DNA of 64,000 bases, from positions 96,001-160,000 of the IMG/VR virus record IMGVR_UViG_3300027749_000039, one strand, 5' to 3'. Below, piece by piece: positions 31,980 to 40,633 of the stretch. The position numbers and the translations under genes were made by a program. The notes below the pieces were generated by a model. The model did no database searches, was not told the origin of the DNA, and saw only the letters and a list, made by a program, of their open reading frames with translations. Source of the stretch: a virus. Positions within the stretch are counted from its first letter, which is position 1, and each line of letters starts with the position of its first letter.

Positions 31980-32258
31980 ATGATGTTGACGATCTTTAAT
32001 AAAAAAACTATGCTGGACATTACCAATAAAGAGGAAATACACATTTCATTTTTAAAAGAATTATTAGAAATGAATGGTTATAAAAAAGATGAATTAGATT
32101 TGACAACTGACGATATTGAAATCGAAGGTAGATATATCAATCTAAACGTAGATAATACAGATTTTTCTATATCACTAGATGAGTATATTGAATATAGAAA
32201 TTGGTGGATTGCATTAGAAAGAGAAGAAAAAATTAATTCTATATTAAATGAAGACTAA
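31980..32258 (+). CDS. Hypothetical protein with REEKINSIL tail
   Basis: ORF track. Confidence 0.65.
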   Translation: MMLTIFNKKTMLDITNKEEIHISFLKELLEMNGYKKDELDLTTDDIEIEGRYINLNVDNTDFSISLDEYIEYRNWWIALEREEKINSILNED

Positions 32259-32793
32259 AATGGACTTACAAAAACAAATAGAAGCATTAAAATTGCAGCG
32301 CATCCAAGAAATAATGGATGACAATAATGTATCAAAGATACAGAAAATAAAATTGTTTGAAAAAGAGCAATTGTTTAACTGTGCGCCTTATATACAACAT
32401 GAATTTCCTGATTGGGAAATAGAAGCTGTTGAATTGGAAAAATTGGAAGCTGAACGTATTTTAAAAGAAGGTTGCGATAATCCGAATGAAATATGTGCTA
32501 AACAATTTTATCAATCAAAAATGACTGATACTATATTCGACCCATCTACTTTTTATTATGAGAAATATGAAACAGTTTCTTATTCCGATTCTTTACAAAA
32601 TTGTTTAGAAAATGCGTTAGAAGATATTTCTGAGGAAGAATATGATGCAGTTGATAAAGATAATCCAATTATTACGGTTATAACAACAAGACATCCACAT
32701 ACAGAGTTGAAAAAACCTTATAATGAAATCATAGATAAGGTTTATGAATTTTGTATAACAAATAAAATATGGGGTTTCAAAAATGATTGGTAA
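32248..32793 (+). CDS. Hypothetical acidic protein
   Basis: ORF track. Confidence 0.7.
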   Translation: MKTKMDLQKQIEALKLQRIQEIMDDNNVSKIQKIKLFEKEQLFNCAPYIQHEFPDWEIEAVELEKLEAERILKEGCDNPNEICAKQFYQSKMTDTIFDPSTFYYEKYETVSYSDSLQNCLENALEDISEEEYDAVDKDNPIITVITTRHPHTELKKPYNEIIDKVYEFCITNKIWGFKNDW

Positions 32794-32956
32794 AGCTATT
32801 TTCAAATTTAACAGTGGTCTTGCCGCTATTTTATGCTCTAAATGTAGAGTTATTATCAAAATTGGTAAAAATTTTACCGATGAAGAAACCATGGCATTTA
32901 AAGGTGAAATAGAATTAGAAGCGCAATTTTGTAAAAAATGTAAATTACAAAAATAA
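32783..32956 (+). CDS. Small Zn-finger protein (57 aa), not in track
   Basis: Hand-read MIGKAIFKFNSGLAAILCSKC...FCKKC. Confidence 0.55.
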   Translation: MIGKAIFKFNSGLAAILCSKCRVIIKIGKNFTDEETMAFKGEIELEAQFCKKCKLQK

Positions 32957-33007
32957 ATATACAATAAAATTTTGTTTATTGAATACTTTTTCGTAATTTT
33001 GTATCAT

Positions 33008-33232
33008 ATGAATAAAGAGAAATTAGGGCTGATGTTAGCCGAGTCACTAGAATTAAAATATAAAGCTGATAGAGCCGATGCTTTGGCAAGGTTTGCAGTT
33101 TATATGAATAATCCAGTAGCAATTGGTGAACATCCACAGCATACGGAAGAAATGGATAAATTGGTTAGCCAATTTACAGATGCTAACGATAAATTATCGG
33201 CATTAAAAGAAATGGTTGAAGCAATCAAATAA
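33008..33232 (+). CDS. Small helical phage protein (NPVAIGEH motif)
   Basis: ATG at 33008, just after the promoter at 32994-33001. Confidence 0.7.
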   Translation: MNKEKLGLMLAESLELKYKADRADALARFAVYMNNPVAIGEHPQHTEEMDKLVSQFTDANDKLSALKEMVEAIK

Positions 33233-33392
33233 AAAATATACGAAAAAGTTTTTAAAAACTTTGAAAATTAAAAACTTTTTCGTATTTTTGCTTAAAATAA
33301 TAACAAAAAGAAAAAAAAGCACTTTTAGAATATAATATATATAATTATACGAAAAAAACAAAAATAATTTTTGTAAATAAAAAACTTTTTCG

Positions 33393-33400
33393 TATCTTTG
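33393..33400 (+). promoter_or_regulatory. Bacteroidota-type -7 promoter element driving tRNA operon 1
   Basis: TTTG about 20 nt upstream of TATCTTTG. Confidence 0.7.
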
Positions 33401-33433
33401 TTGTATAATAACAAACAATAAGAAATTAAATAT

Positions 33434-33505
33434 AGCGGGATAGAGCAGTGGTAGCTCGCAAGGCTCATAACCTTGAGGTCATTGGTTCGAATCCAGTTCC
33501 TGCTT
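33434..33505 (+). tRNA. tRNA-Met(CAT), initiator-like
   Basis: Cloverleaf; CAAGG-CTCATAA-CCTTG; fMet-like GAGCAG.GGTAGCTCG D arm. Confidence 0.88.
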
Positions 33506-33520
33506 CAAAAAAAGACATAT

Positions 33521-33592
33521 TGCGGAGTAGAGCAGTGGTAGCTCGCAAGGCTCATAACCTTGAGGTCGTTGGTTCGAATCCAGCCTCCGTTA
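33521..33592 (+). tRNA. tRNA-Met(CAT), initiator-like (U1.U72 mismatch)
   Basis: Near-duplicate of 33434..33505 with an unpaired 1:72 position. Confidence 0.88.
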
Positions 33593-33631
33593 CTAAAAAA
33601 TTAAAAACAATAACAACTTAAAAATTATTTT

Positions 33632-33721
33632 ATGAAACATTTCAGCTCACATAAACATTCGTTTAAATTCTGGTTTAGCAATCAGGGTTCGGTAGAGTTT
33701 TGTTTCAAAAATGCTTCATAA
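33632..33721 (+). CDS. Leader peptide 1, MKHFSSHKHSFKFWFSNQGSVEFCFKNAS (putative attenuator)
   Basis: A-rich start context; codons 2-16 are only K/H/F/S/W, matching the downstream tRNAs. Confidence 0.8.
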   Translation: MKHFSSHKHSFKFWFSNQGSVEFCFKNAS

Positions 33722-33740
33722 GAAGTTATTGAAATGAACT

Positions 33741-33781
33741 AAAAATCTCCGAACTTTATATAAAGTTCGGAGATTTTTTTT
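33741..33781 (+). terminator. Attenuator terminator 1
   Basis: AAAAATCTCCGAACTTT-ATAT-AAAGTTCGGAGATTTTTTTT. Confidence 0.9.
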
Positions 33782-33785
33782 ATAT

Positions 33786-33859
33786 GGTGATATTGGTGTT
33801 AGCGGTTAGCATGGGACCCTGTGAAGGTCTAGGGACGGATTCGAATTCCGTATATCACC
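33786..33859 (+). tRNA. tRNA-His(GTG)
   Basis: G-1, C73; GGACC-CTGTGAA-GGTCT. Confidence 0.88.
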
Positions 33860-33862
33860 CAA

Positions 33863-33981
33863 GAAAAGGTAGATTAAACAAAGAAATTATTTAATTGAAA
33901 CTAGTATAGATTAAATAATCGTATTGATGGTAAAGGTAAGCGGTTAAGCGGAAGATAGTGGTTCGAATCCACTCCTTTTCA
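33863..33981 (+). pseudogene. Degenerate tRNA-like element
   Basis: GAAAAGG/CCTTTTC acceptor and a perfect T arm, with no recognisable D or anticodon arm. Confidence 0.45.
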
Positions 33982-33992
33982 CGAAATAATAT

Positions 33993-34066
33993 GGTGATTG
34001 TAGCTCAATTGGTAGAGCGCAGGTTTGTGGAACCTGAGGTAGCGGGGTCGGAGCTCGTCAATCACC
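33993..34066 (+). tRNA. tRNA-His(GTG)
   Basis: G-1, C73; CAGGT-TTGTGGA-ACCTG; atypical T loop. Confidence 0.8.
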
Positions 34067-34072
34067 CAATAA

Positions 34073-34144
34073 GGTAATCAAGCTAACTTGGTAACGTGGG
34101 AGATTCCAACCCTCCAGTCGTCGGATCGTAACCGGCTGTTCGTG
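34073..34144 (+). pseudogene. Decayed tRNA, probably Trp(CCA)
   Basis: TTCCAAC loop and T arm present; acceptor 5' strand does not pair. Confidence 0.45.
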
Positions 34145-34155
34145 CAAAATAAAAT

Positions 34156-34228
34156 ACGGGTATGGTGAAAATGGCTATCATTTTTGTCTCCAAAACAAAA
34201 GTTCCGGATTCGAATTCTGGTGCCCGTG
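34156..34228 (+). tRNA. tRNA-Trp(CCA)
   Basis: TTTGT-CTCCAAA-ACAAA; G73. Confidence 0.88.
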
Positions 34229-34235
34229 CTAAAAT

Positions 34236-34307
34236 GGTGTTGTAACATAGAGGTTTATGTGTTGATCTGAAAAATCAAAAATGCCAGATCGTTACTGGCC
34301 GACACCA
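34236..34307 (+). tRNA. tRNA-Phe(GAA)
   Basis: TTGAT-CTGAAAA-ATCAA; T loop ATCGTTA. Confidence 0.85.
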
Positions 34308-34370
34308 CAAAAATAAATTAAAAAAGGAAGACGCACCCATTTTATATATAAGTAAATAACAAATATAAAA

Positions 34371-35249
34371 ATGGGTGCGAATTCAAAAGAATGGACAGAA
34401 AAGGAAAAAGAAATACTTTTTAAATATTTTCCGAGTATGGGTAGTAATTATTGTTCAGAATTAACAGGAAGAACAAAAAGAGCTTGTCAAGAAATGGCAA
34501 AAAAATTAAAATTGAAGAGAGATTTAGATAAGTATGAAGATAAAGAAAAATTAGAGGAGTTAGTTAAAGGTTGTAAATCATATACAGAATGTGTAATAAA
34601 ATTGGGGTTATCTCCCAGATGTTCTGGTAATTTTCAGACTATCAAAAAATATATCACAATATATAATATAGATATTTCACATTTTGAAAATGGATTTCAA
34701 ATAGGCAACAAACCTCAAAATAAGAAAGAATTATCAGAAGTTTTAATAGAAAACTCTTTTTTTAGCAGAACTCATCTTAAAGAGAGACTATATAAAGAGG
34801 AATTAAAAAAGAAAGAATGTGAGATATGTGGAATTGGTGAAGATTGGTTTAATGGAACTAAAATAGTCCATATTTTAGACCATATAAATGGTGAGCCTTA
34901 TGATAATCGTCTTGAAAATTTAAGAATCGTTTGTCCTAATTGTAATTCAACATTAGAAACAAATTGTGTTGGGAATAAAGTTAATAAAATATATGATTCT
35001 AAAAAAGATGAATATAAAAGTGAAAAAACACATAAAAAATGTAATTGTGGTAAAATAATTTTGAAAGAAAGTAAATTTTGTTCAGAATGCAATGCCAAAA
35101 GTAAAAGAAAAATTATTAATAGACCAACATTTGAAGAATTAGTTAAGTTAATAGAAGAAAATGGTAATACTGGAACAGGTAAAATATACGGCGTTAGCGA
35201 AGCTGTCATAAGAAAATGGTTAAAACAATATAAAAATAAATTAGTATAG
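34371..35249 (+). mobile_element. Free-standing HNH homing endonuclease inside tRNA array 1
   Basis: CEIC...LDHINGEPYDNRLENLRIVCPNCNS and a C-terminal HTH. Confidence 0.88.
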
Positions 35250-35262
35250 AATATACTAAAAT

Positions 35263-35337
35263 ACAGACTAGTCTATGGTAGTCGGCGGAACTCCAAATCC
35301 CGTGTGACTCGAGTCAGTTCAATTCTGGCAGTCTGTG
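35263..35337 (+). tRNA. tRNA-Trp(CCA), atypical D arm
   Basis: ACAGACT/AGTCTGT acceptor; CTCCAAA loop. Confidence 0.6.
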
Positions 35338-35347
35338 CTAATAAATT

Positions 35348-35431
35348 GGAAAGTCCTAATTAGGAGTAGTTAGCCGTTTTGAAAACGGTGAAGGTGTAAT
35401 AGCCGTGGGGGTTCGAGTCCGTCACTTTCCG
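35348..35431 (+). tRNA. tRNA-Ser(TGA)
   Basis: GCCGT-TTTGAAA-ACGGT; long variable arm; G73. Confidence 0.82.
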
Positions 35432-35442
35432 CAAAATAAAAT

Positions 35443-35519
35443 ACGGGTTTCGTCTAATATTTAAGACACCTCCCGGCAAGGGAGTTAATGTTGTAAGGGT
35501 GAAAATCCTACAACCCGTG
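35443..35519 (+). pseudogene. Atypical tRNA-like element (loop CGGCAAG, T loop GTGAAAA)
   Basis: ACGGGTT/AACCCGT acceptor and D arm intact; anticodon and T loops non-canonical. Confidence 0.45.
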
Positions 35520-35535
35520 CAAAAAGATTAAAATT

Positions 35536-35571
35536 ATGAAACAATATAAACAGATTAAACAAAAACAATAA
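35536..35571 (+). CDS. Mini leader peptide MKQYKQIKQKQ ahead of three tRNA-Lys genes
   Basis: A-rich start context, four AAA Lys codons, alternative hairpins downstream. Confidence 0.55.
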   Translation: MKQYKQIKQKQ

Positions 35572-35603
35572 GTTAGGCTCCTATGGATGCTTAACAAATA
35601 TAA

Positions 35604-35678
35604 GCATTCGTAACTCAGAGGCAGAGTATTCGGCTTTTAACCGAAGTGGCGAGATTTCAAAATTCTCCGGATGCACCA
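35604..35678 (+). tRNA. tRNA-Lys(TTT)
   Basis: TTCGG-CTTTTAA-CCGAA; CCA encoded. Confidence 0.88.
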
Positions 35679-35681
35679 AAA

Positions 35682-35753
35682 CCGCTTGTAGCAAACTGGT
35701 GTAGGCAAGAGTCTTTTAAACTCTGGGGCTGGGTTCGACTCCCGGCAGGCGGA
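35682..35753 (+). tRNA. tRNA-Lys(TTT)
   Basis: AGAGT-CTTTTAA-ACTCT. Confidence 0.85.
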
Positions 35754-35758
35754 CAATA

Positions 35759-35830
35759 GATTTTATATGTCAATGGTTAGACTAGCAGACTCTTAATCTG
35801 CGGATCTGAGTTCGAGTCTCAGTGAAATCA
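35759..35830 (+). tRNA. tRNA-Lys(CTT)
   Basis: GCAGA-CTCTTAA-TCTGC. Confidence 0.88.
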
Positions 35831-35846
35831 CAAAAAATTTTTAAAA

Positions 35847-37115
35847 ATGTTAGAAATAAAATTATTTAGGCAAAATAAGGACCTAATTATAGAAGGACTT
35901 AAAAAGAAAAATTTTAAGCAACTTAATTTAGTTGATGAAATTATTAAATTGGATGAAGATTTAAGAAAATTAAAACAGGAAACTGAAAATTTAACTTCTG
36001 TTATTAATAAAAATAATAGCGAAATTGCAAGATATATTAAAACAGATGCAGTTAAGGTAGAAAATATTAAAACTCATAATATTATTTTAAATGAAAAAAT
36101 TGAGGAATTAACTAATATACTAAATCAAACTGAAAACGAGTTATTGGATAATTTAATTCAATTACCAAATCTTCCAAATCAAATTGTAGAAATAGACAAT
36201 GGTAATGAAGCAACTAATGGTAATGTTATTATAAGAGAAAACTTAACTCAGTGTACACAAGGTAAACCTCATTGGGAAGTAATTAAAGATTTAAATATAG
36301 TTAGTTTTGAACTAGGAACTAAAATTACTGGTGCTGGGTTTCCTGTTTATATCGGAAAAGGCGCAAGATTACAAAGAGCTTTAATTCAATATTTTTTAGA
36401 TTATAATACTAATGCTGGTTATACAGAATATAATATACCATTAATGGTTAATTATGATTCTGCATATGGTACAGGACAACTCCCTGATAAAGAAGGTCAA
36501 ATGTATTATGCTGAAAAGGATAATTTATACTTAATTCCAACAGCAGAAGTTCCTTTAACTAATATCTTTAGAGATGAAATAGTTAATTTGCCCATAAAAA
36601 TGACAGGACATAGTGCTTGTTTTAGAAGAGAAGCTGGCGCACATGGTAAAGAAGTAAGAGGGTTAAATCGAGTTCATCAATTTGAAAAAGTTGAAATAGT
36701 TCAATTAGTTCAACCTGATAAAAGTTATGAAGTATTGGAAGAAATGGTTTTACATGTTGAGAACTTGATAAAAAGCTTAGAATTACCATATAGAATACTT
36801 AAATTAAGTGGCACAGATATGAGTTTTGCATCTGCTTTAACTTATGACTTTGAAGTATATAGTGCGGCTCAAGACAGATGGTTAGAAGTAAGTTCTGTGA
36901 GTAATTTTGAAACTTTCCAATCTAATCGTATGAAAATTAGATTTAAAGAAGATAAAAAGAACAAATTAGTTCATACTTTAAATGGAAGTTCTTTAGCATT
37001 ACCAAGAATAATGGCTTGCTTATTAGAAAATAATCAAACACATGAAGGTATAAAAATACCAGAAGTATTAATACCGTATTACGGTGACAAATTTTTAACA
37101 AATGGAAAATTATAA
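35847..37115 (+). CDS. serS: Seryl-tRNA synthetase
   Basis: N-terminal coiled coil, LIPTAEVPL, FRREAG, RVHQFEKVE, EVSSVSN and LNGSSLALPR. Confidence 0.95.
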   Translation: MLEIKLFRQNKDLIIEGLKKKNFKQLNLVDEIIKLDEDLRKLKQETENLTSVINKNNSEIARYIKTDAVKVENIKTHNIILNEKIEELTNILNQTENELLDNLIQLPNLPNQIVEIDNGNEATNGNVIIRENLTQCTQGKPHWEVIKDLNIVSFELGTKITGAGFPVYIGKGARLQRALIQYFLDYNTNAGYTEYNIPLMVNYDSAYGTGQLPDKEGQMYYAEKDNLYLIPTAEVPLTNIFRDEIVNLPIKMTGHSACFRREAGAHGKEVRGLNRVHQFEKVEIVQLVQPDKSYEVLEEMVLHVENLIKSLELPYRILKLSGTDMSFASALTYDFEVYSAAQDRWLEVSSVSNFETFQSNRMKIRFKEDKKNKLVHTLNGSSLALPRIMACLLENNQTHEGIKIPEVLIPYYGDKFLTNGKL

Positions 37116-37347
37116 AAAATTAATAGAGAAATATAAAGTTGAAATAGTAGATTATATTATTTCTTCAAAAGACCAATTAGAAGAATACCGTAAAAAGTAT
37201 TTAGGCGCAAATGGAATTATAAAACAAGTTTATAATCAATTAAAACAAGTTCCTGCTGAAAAAAGAAAACAAGCAGGAGAATTGTTAAGAGGATTAAAAG
37301 ATTGTGCTGAAAATAAATATGAAAATTCTTTTGTTAATTCAAAATAA
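37102..37347 (+). CDS. Stand-alone PheRS alpha-subunit N-terminal tRNA-binding arm
   Basis: LEEYRKKYLGANGII...LKQVPAEKRKQAGELL matches the PheS N-terminal coiled coil; no catalytic domain follows. Confidence 0.72.
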   Translation: MENYKKLIEKYKVEIVDYIISSKDQLEEYRKKYLGANGIIKQVYNQLKQVPAEKRKQAGELLRGLKDCAENKYENSFVNSK

Positions 37348-37352
37348 TTTCG

Positions 37353-37360
37353 TATCTTTG
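37353..37360 (+). promoter_or_regulatory. Bacteroidota-type -7 promoter element for tRNA operon 2
   Basis: TTTG...TATCTTTG; AATATATA also present at 37397-37404. Confidence 0.7.
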
Positions 37361-37409
37361 TAAAAGAAAATAAACAAAAAAGCATTTTAACAATATAATA
37401 TATACAATT

Positions 37410-37466
37410 ATGAAAACAATATCATCGTCTAGTCGCAGTAGTTTAACTTTGGAAATCCAGAGATGA
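37410..37466 (+). CDS. Leader peptide 2, MKTISSSSRSSLTLEIQR (putative attenuator)
   Basis: Block TCA TCG TCT AGT CGC AGT AGT; downstream tRNAs are Ser and Arg(ACG). Confidence 0.8.
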   Translation: MKTISSSSRSSLTLEIQR

Positions 37467-37485
37467 TAGTGTATGTATATACTTG

Positions 37486-37517
37486 AAGCCTTGGATTGTA
37501 AAATTCAAGGCTTTTTT
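37486..37517 (+). terminator. Attenuator terminator 2
   Basis: AAGCCTTGGAT-TGTAAA-ATTCAAGGCTTTTTT. Confidence 0.88.
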
Positions 37518-37523
37518 AATTTT

Positions 37524-37614
37524 GGTGAGTTACTCAAGTGGTCAAAGAGGCTTGTTTGCTAAACAAGTAGGACGGTAAAACGTTGCGTGGGTTCGAACCC
37601 CACACTCACCGCCA
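37524..37614 (+). tRNA. tRNA-Ser(GCT)
   Basis: CTTGT-TTGCTAA-ACAAG; long variable arm; GCCA end. Confidence 0.92.
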
Positions 37615-37617
37615 AAA

Positions 37618-37658
37618 TATACAGATAATTGCGGGTTCGAGACCCGTTCTGGATACAA
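37618..37658 (+). pseudogene. tRNA 3'-half remnant
   Basis: Isolated GCGGG-TTCGAGA-CCCGT T arm. Confidence 0.4.
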
Positions 37659-37664
37659 AAATAT

Positions 37665-37738
37665 GGTCTCATCGTTCAATGGATTTAGGATACTTGGCTA
37701 CGAACTAAGAGATTGGGGTTCGAATCCCTATGAGACTA
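37665..37738 (+). tRNA. tRNA-Arg(ACG)
   Basis: CTTGG-CTACGAA-CTAAG. Confidence 0.9.
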
Positions 37739-37744
37739 CTAATA

Positions 37745-37832
37745 GGAAAGTTGGCAGAGCGGTTTAATGCGCTGGCACTGAAGCCGGTGACTGGCAAAAG
37801 CCGGTCCGTGAGTTCGAATCTCATACTTTCTT
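37745..37832 (+). tRNA. tRNA-Ser-type with 6-nt anticodon loop ACTGAA (possibly degenerate)
   Basis: GGAAAGT acceptor, long variable arm and normal T arm; anticodon loop one nt short. Confidence 0.55.
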
Positions 37833-37836
37833 ATAT

Positions 37837-37926
37837 GGAGAAGTAAAACGAAATTGGTATCGTCCCTGATTGGAAATCAGGTTATCGGGTCAAACTGGTA
37901 TGTAGGTTCGAGTCCTATTTTCTCCG
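37837..37926 (+). tRNA. tRNA-Ser(GGA)
   Basis: CCTGA-TTGGAAA-TCAGG; long variable arm; G73. Confidence 0.88.
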
Positions 37927-37970
37927 CAATGTTTCAAAAAAAGAAATATACTTAATAATACACAATTAAA

Positions 37971-38207
37971 ATGGCGAATATAAATGATTACATGATTATA
38001 ATAAAAGAAATTAATAAGGCTTATGATAGTCTTTCGCCTCTTATTGGTCCAAATATCAATGAGGATATACAGACGATTAATAAAAGTATTAAAGCTTTTA
38101 AGTATAATATATTATATGTTAAGTCTAATATACATAAAACGAATAGGATTTTGCGATTAAAAAGGCATAATCGAAAAAAGAAAAATTTTGCAAAGTCAAA
38201 AAAATAG
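37971..38207 (+). CDS. Hypothetical basic protein
   Basis: ORF track. Confidence 0.55.
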   Translation: MANINDYMIIIKEINKAYDSLSPLIGPNINEDIQTINKSIKAFKYNILYVKSNIHKTNRILRLKRHNRKKKNFAKSKK

Positions 38208-38221
38208 TGTATATTTGCACA

Positions 38222-38578
38222 ATGAGTAAAGTTCAATCATATATAATAACAAATAAAATAAAACTAATCCGTAGAGTTATTGACCACGGATATGATAAAG
38301 CTTTTGGTTATGCTAATGTTGGTGATGATGAAGATTACACTAAATCATTGCAAAATAAACCCAAAGAAGAATTACTAGCAGTAATTAAAGAATTAAAAGA
38401 TTCGTTATATACACCTGAAACTTCTAATAGAAAAAAATCTCCTTATGAGCCTAAGTTTTGTATAGGTAAATGTCAAAGAGAATTTATACCAAAAGATTCT
38501 AATTTAGAAATATATTGTGCATCATGTGATAGAGTAATAGCGGTTAGACCTATTAAACAAGATTTTAAAGACATATGA
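38222..38578 (+). CDS. Hypothetical protein with C-terminal Zn ribbon
   Basis: CIGKC...CASC; start ATG 38222 follows the promoter at 38210-38217. Confidence 0.65.
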   Translation: MSKVQSYIITNKIKLIRRVIDHGYDKAFGYANVGDDEDYTKSLQNKPKEELLAVIKELKDSLYTPETSNRKKSPYEPKFCIGKCQREFIPKDSNLEIYCASCDRVIAVRPIKQDFKDI

Positions 38579-38802
38579 GTAAGAGAAAAGAATTTGACAT
38601 AGAAAGAACGGAATATGATGATAAAGTGGAAGAAATCCGCAAACAAAAAAGAGAATTACGTCATATTCAAGAACCTGGTCTTGTAAAAAAAATTAAAAAA
38701 GATCTTAAACGTGAGCAAAGAGCTGCTAAACGTGGTGATAAAAATAATTTGAAAAAATACATCAAGGATGAGATAGATAATTACGGTGAGGAAGATGATT
38801 AA
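38575..38802 (+). CDS. Hypothetical charged protein
   Basis: ORF track. Confidence 0.65.
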   Translation: MSKRKEFDIERTEYDDKVEEIRKQKRELRHIQEPGLVKKIKKDLKREQRAAKRGDKNNLKKYIKDEIDNYGEEDD

Positions 38803-39031
38803 ATATATTTGTATAATATCGGAATTATTAGATACAAATGACTTTTGTGATGAAATTAATATAATAACGGGTAAAGTATATTTAATTGAATATGTAAATA
38901 AATATGTATATTATTTATATGATATACATGAGAAATATTTAGGCGAAATATGGGGAACTATAAGCGACCATTTTATAACATTAGCCGATTGGCGTGATCA
39001 GCAAATAGATTCAATTTTAAATAATAAATAA
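38786..39031 (+). CDS. Small protein with WRDQQIDSIL tail
   Basis: Tail paralogous to 31558..31803. Confidence 0.6.
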   Translation: MRKMIKYICIISELLDTNDFCDEINIITGKVYLIEYVNKYVYYLYDIHEKYLGEIWGTISDHFITLADWRDQQIDSILNNK

Positions 39032-39091
39032 CTCTTTATTATAAATAGGACAAATTTTCATTTTAATATATAATATAAAGTATTTAATTAA

Positions 39092-39967
39092 ATGAAATGG
39101 ACAAAAGAAAAATGTAAGGAGATTTCAAATTTATTTGATAATATAAGTGACTTTGAGAAAGAGTATAGAGGGTCTTATATGTCTGCTAGAAGAAATGGTT
39201 GGTTAGAAGAAATAACCAAACATATGAAAAAAAGAGAGACCTTGACCGAGAAAAGGTGTCATGAGATTTCATCAAAATTTGAAACTAAAACAAAATTATG
39301 TGAACATAATAGTTCTGTTTATAAAAAAATTATGAAGAACAAATGGCTATATATGTTTTCTCATATGGAAAATAATAATAGTAGTGAAGATGATAGATGT
39401 ATATACGCATACGAATTTAATGATAACAGTGTTTATGTAGGATTAACAAAAAATGTTAAAACTAGAAATAATTTGCATATGAAACATGGTAGTGTTTTTG
39501 AACATATAAGAATATGCAATGATTTTAAGTTAATAATCTTAACAGATTATTTACCAGTTTATGAATCAAAATTAAAGGAAGATGAATATCTTAATTATTA
39601 TAAAAATAATGGATGGAAAGTCTTAAACAAGATAAAAACTGGTGGTATAGGTAGTTGCGGATATTTGAATAGGACATCATATTGGATAAAAGAAAAATGT
39701 ATTGAAGAAGCATTAAAATATACAAATAGAAGCGAATTTCAATATAATTCGGGAAGTGCATATCGCTCTGCTCAAAAAAATAAATGGTTAGATGAAATAT
39801 GTTCGCATATGCAACCACTCCGAAATTACAAGGGATATTGGACAAAGAAAAAATGTGAAGAAGAATCTTTGAAATATAAAAATAAAAATCAATTTCAAAA
39901 AAATAATAGTGCCGCATATATGTGTTCATACAAAAATGGTTGGCTAAATGAATTTTATAAAAGTTAA
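39092..39967 (+). mobile_element. GIY-YIG-like homing endonuclease with WTKEKC repeats
   Basis: CIYAYEF..NSVYVGLT..R...H; repeated W(T/I)KEKC..EALKY modules. Confidence 0.75.
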
Positions 39968-39973
39968 AGTGAA

Positions 39974-40630
39974 ATGAAAAAATACGATAAGATTCCATAT
40001 TGGAATAAAGGATTATTTGACTCTGATTGTATCGGGTTTAATAAAGAAGATGGTTCAAATATGAGATTTGAGTGGTCAAAAAAACGTGGGTTTTATAAGT
40101 TTGGAACTCGTAATGTAATGATTAATGAGAAAGATGAAAACTTTGGAAAAGCTATTCCTTTATTTTTAGAAAAATACGGCGAAGATTTACCAAGAGTATT
40201 TGTTAATAAATATAAAAAAGTAGAAAACTTTGTTGTATTTGGTGAATATGTTGGTGAAAATTCCTTCGCTGGATGGCATGACCCAAATGATAAAATGGAT
40301 ATTATTTTATTTGATGTTAATCAATATAAAAAGGGGTTCATTTCTCCATATGAGTTTTTAGATAATTTTGGACATTTATCAATTCCTTCTGTTATTTATC
40401 AAGGTAAATATACACAAGAATTAATAGACAATGTTAGAAAGAATGTTTTTAACTTAAAAGAAGGTTTAATTACTAAAGGAATTACTTATACTAAAAAAGA
40501 AGGTGAAGCAATTTGGCAAGTAAAAGTTAAGACTAACGACTGGCTTAAAAAAGTAAAAGAAAAGCTAGGTGATAAAGCTTTAGCTGATGAATTAAATGGA
40601 GATAAATCATTAATAGCAGAATACATATAA
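39974..40630 (+). CDS. RNA-ligase-type nucleotidyltransferase
   Basis: KEDGSN (motif I), FGEY, LFDV, EGLI and VKVKT. Confidence 0.7.
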   Translation: MKKYDKIPYWNKGLFDSDCIGFNKEDGSNMRFEWSKKRGFYKFGTRNVMINEKDENFGKAIPLFLEKYGEDLPRVFVNKYKKVENFVVFGEYVGENSFAGWHDPNDKMDIILFDVNQYKKGFISPYEFLDNFGHLSIPSVIYQGKYTQELIDNVRKNVFNLKEGLITKGITYTKKEGEAIWQVKVKTNDWLKKVKEKLGDKALADELNGDKSLIAEYI

Positions 40631-40633
40631 CTT

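Noticed and set aside
33600-33781. T-box riboswitch as the sensor for the tRNA operons
   Set aside because: No T-box antiterminator bulge (TGGNACC) or specifier stem is visible, whereas translated leaders explain the pattern.
37745-37832. Selenocysteine or opal-suppressor tRNA
   Set aside because: The loop ACTGAA contains TGA, not the TCA anticodon; the body is Ser-type.
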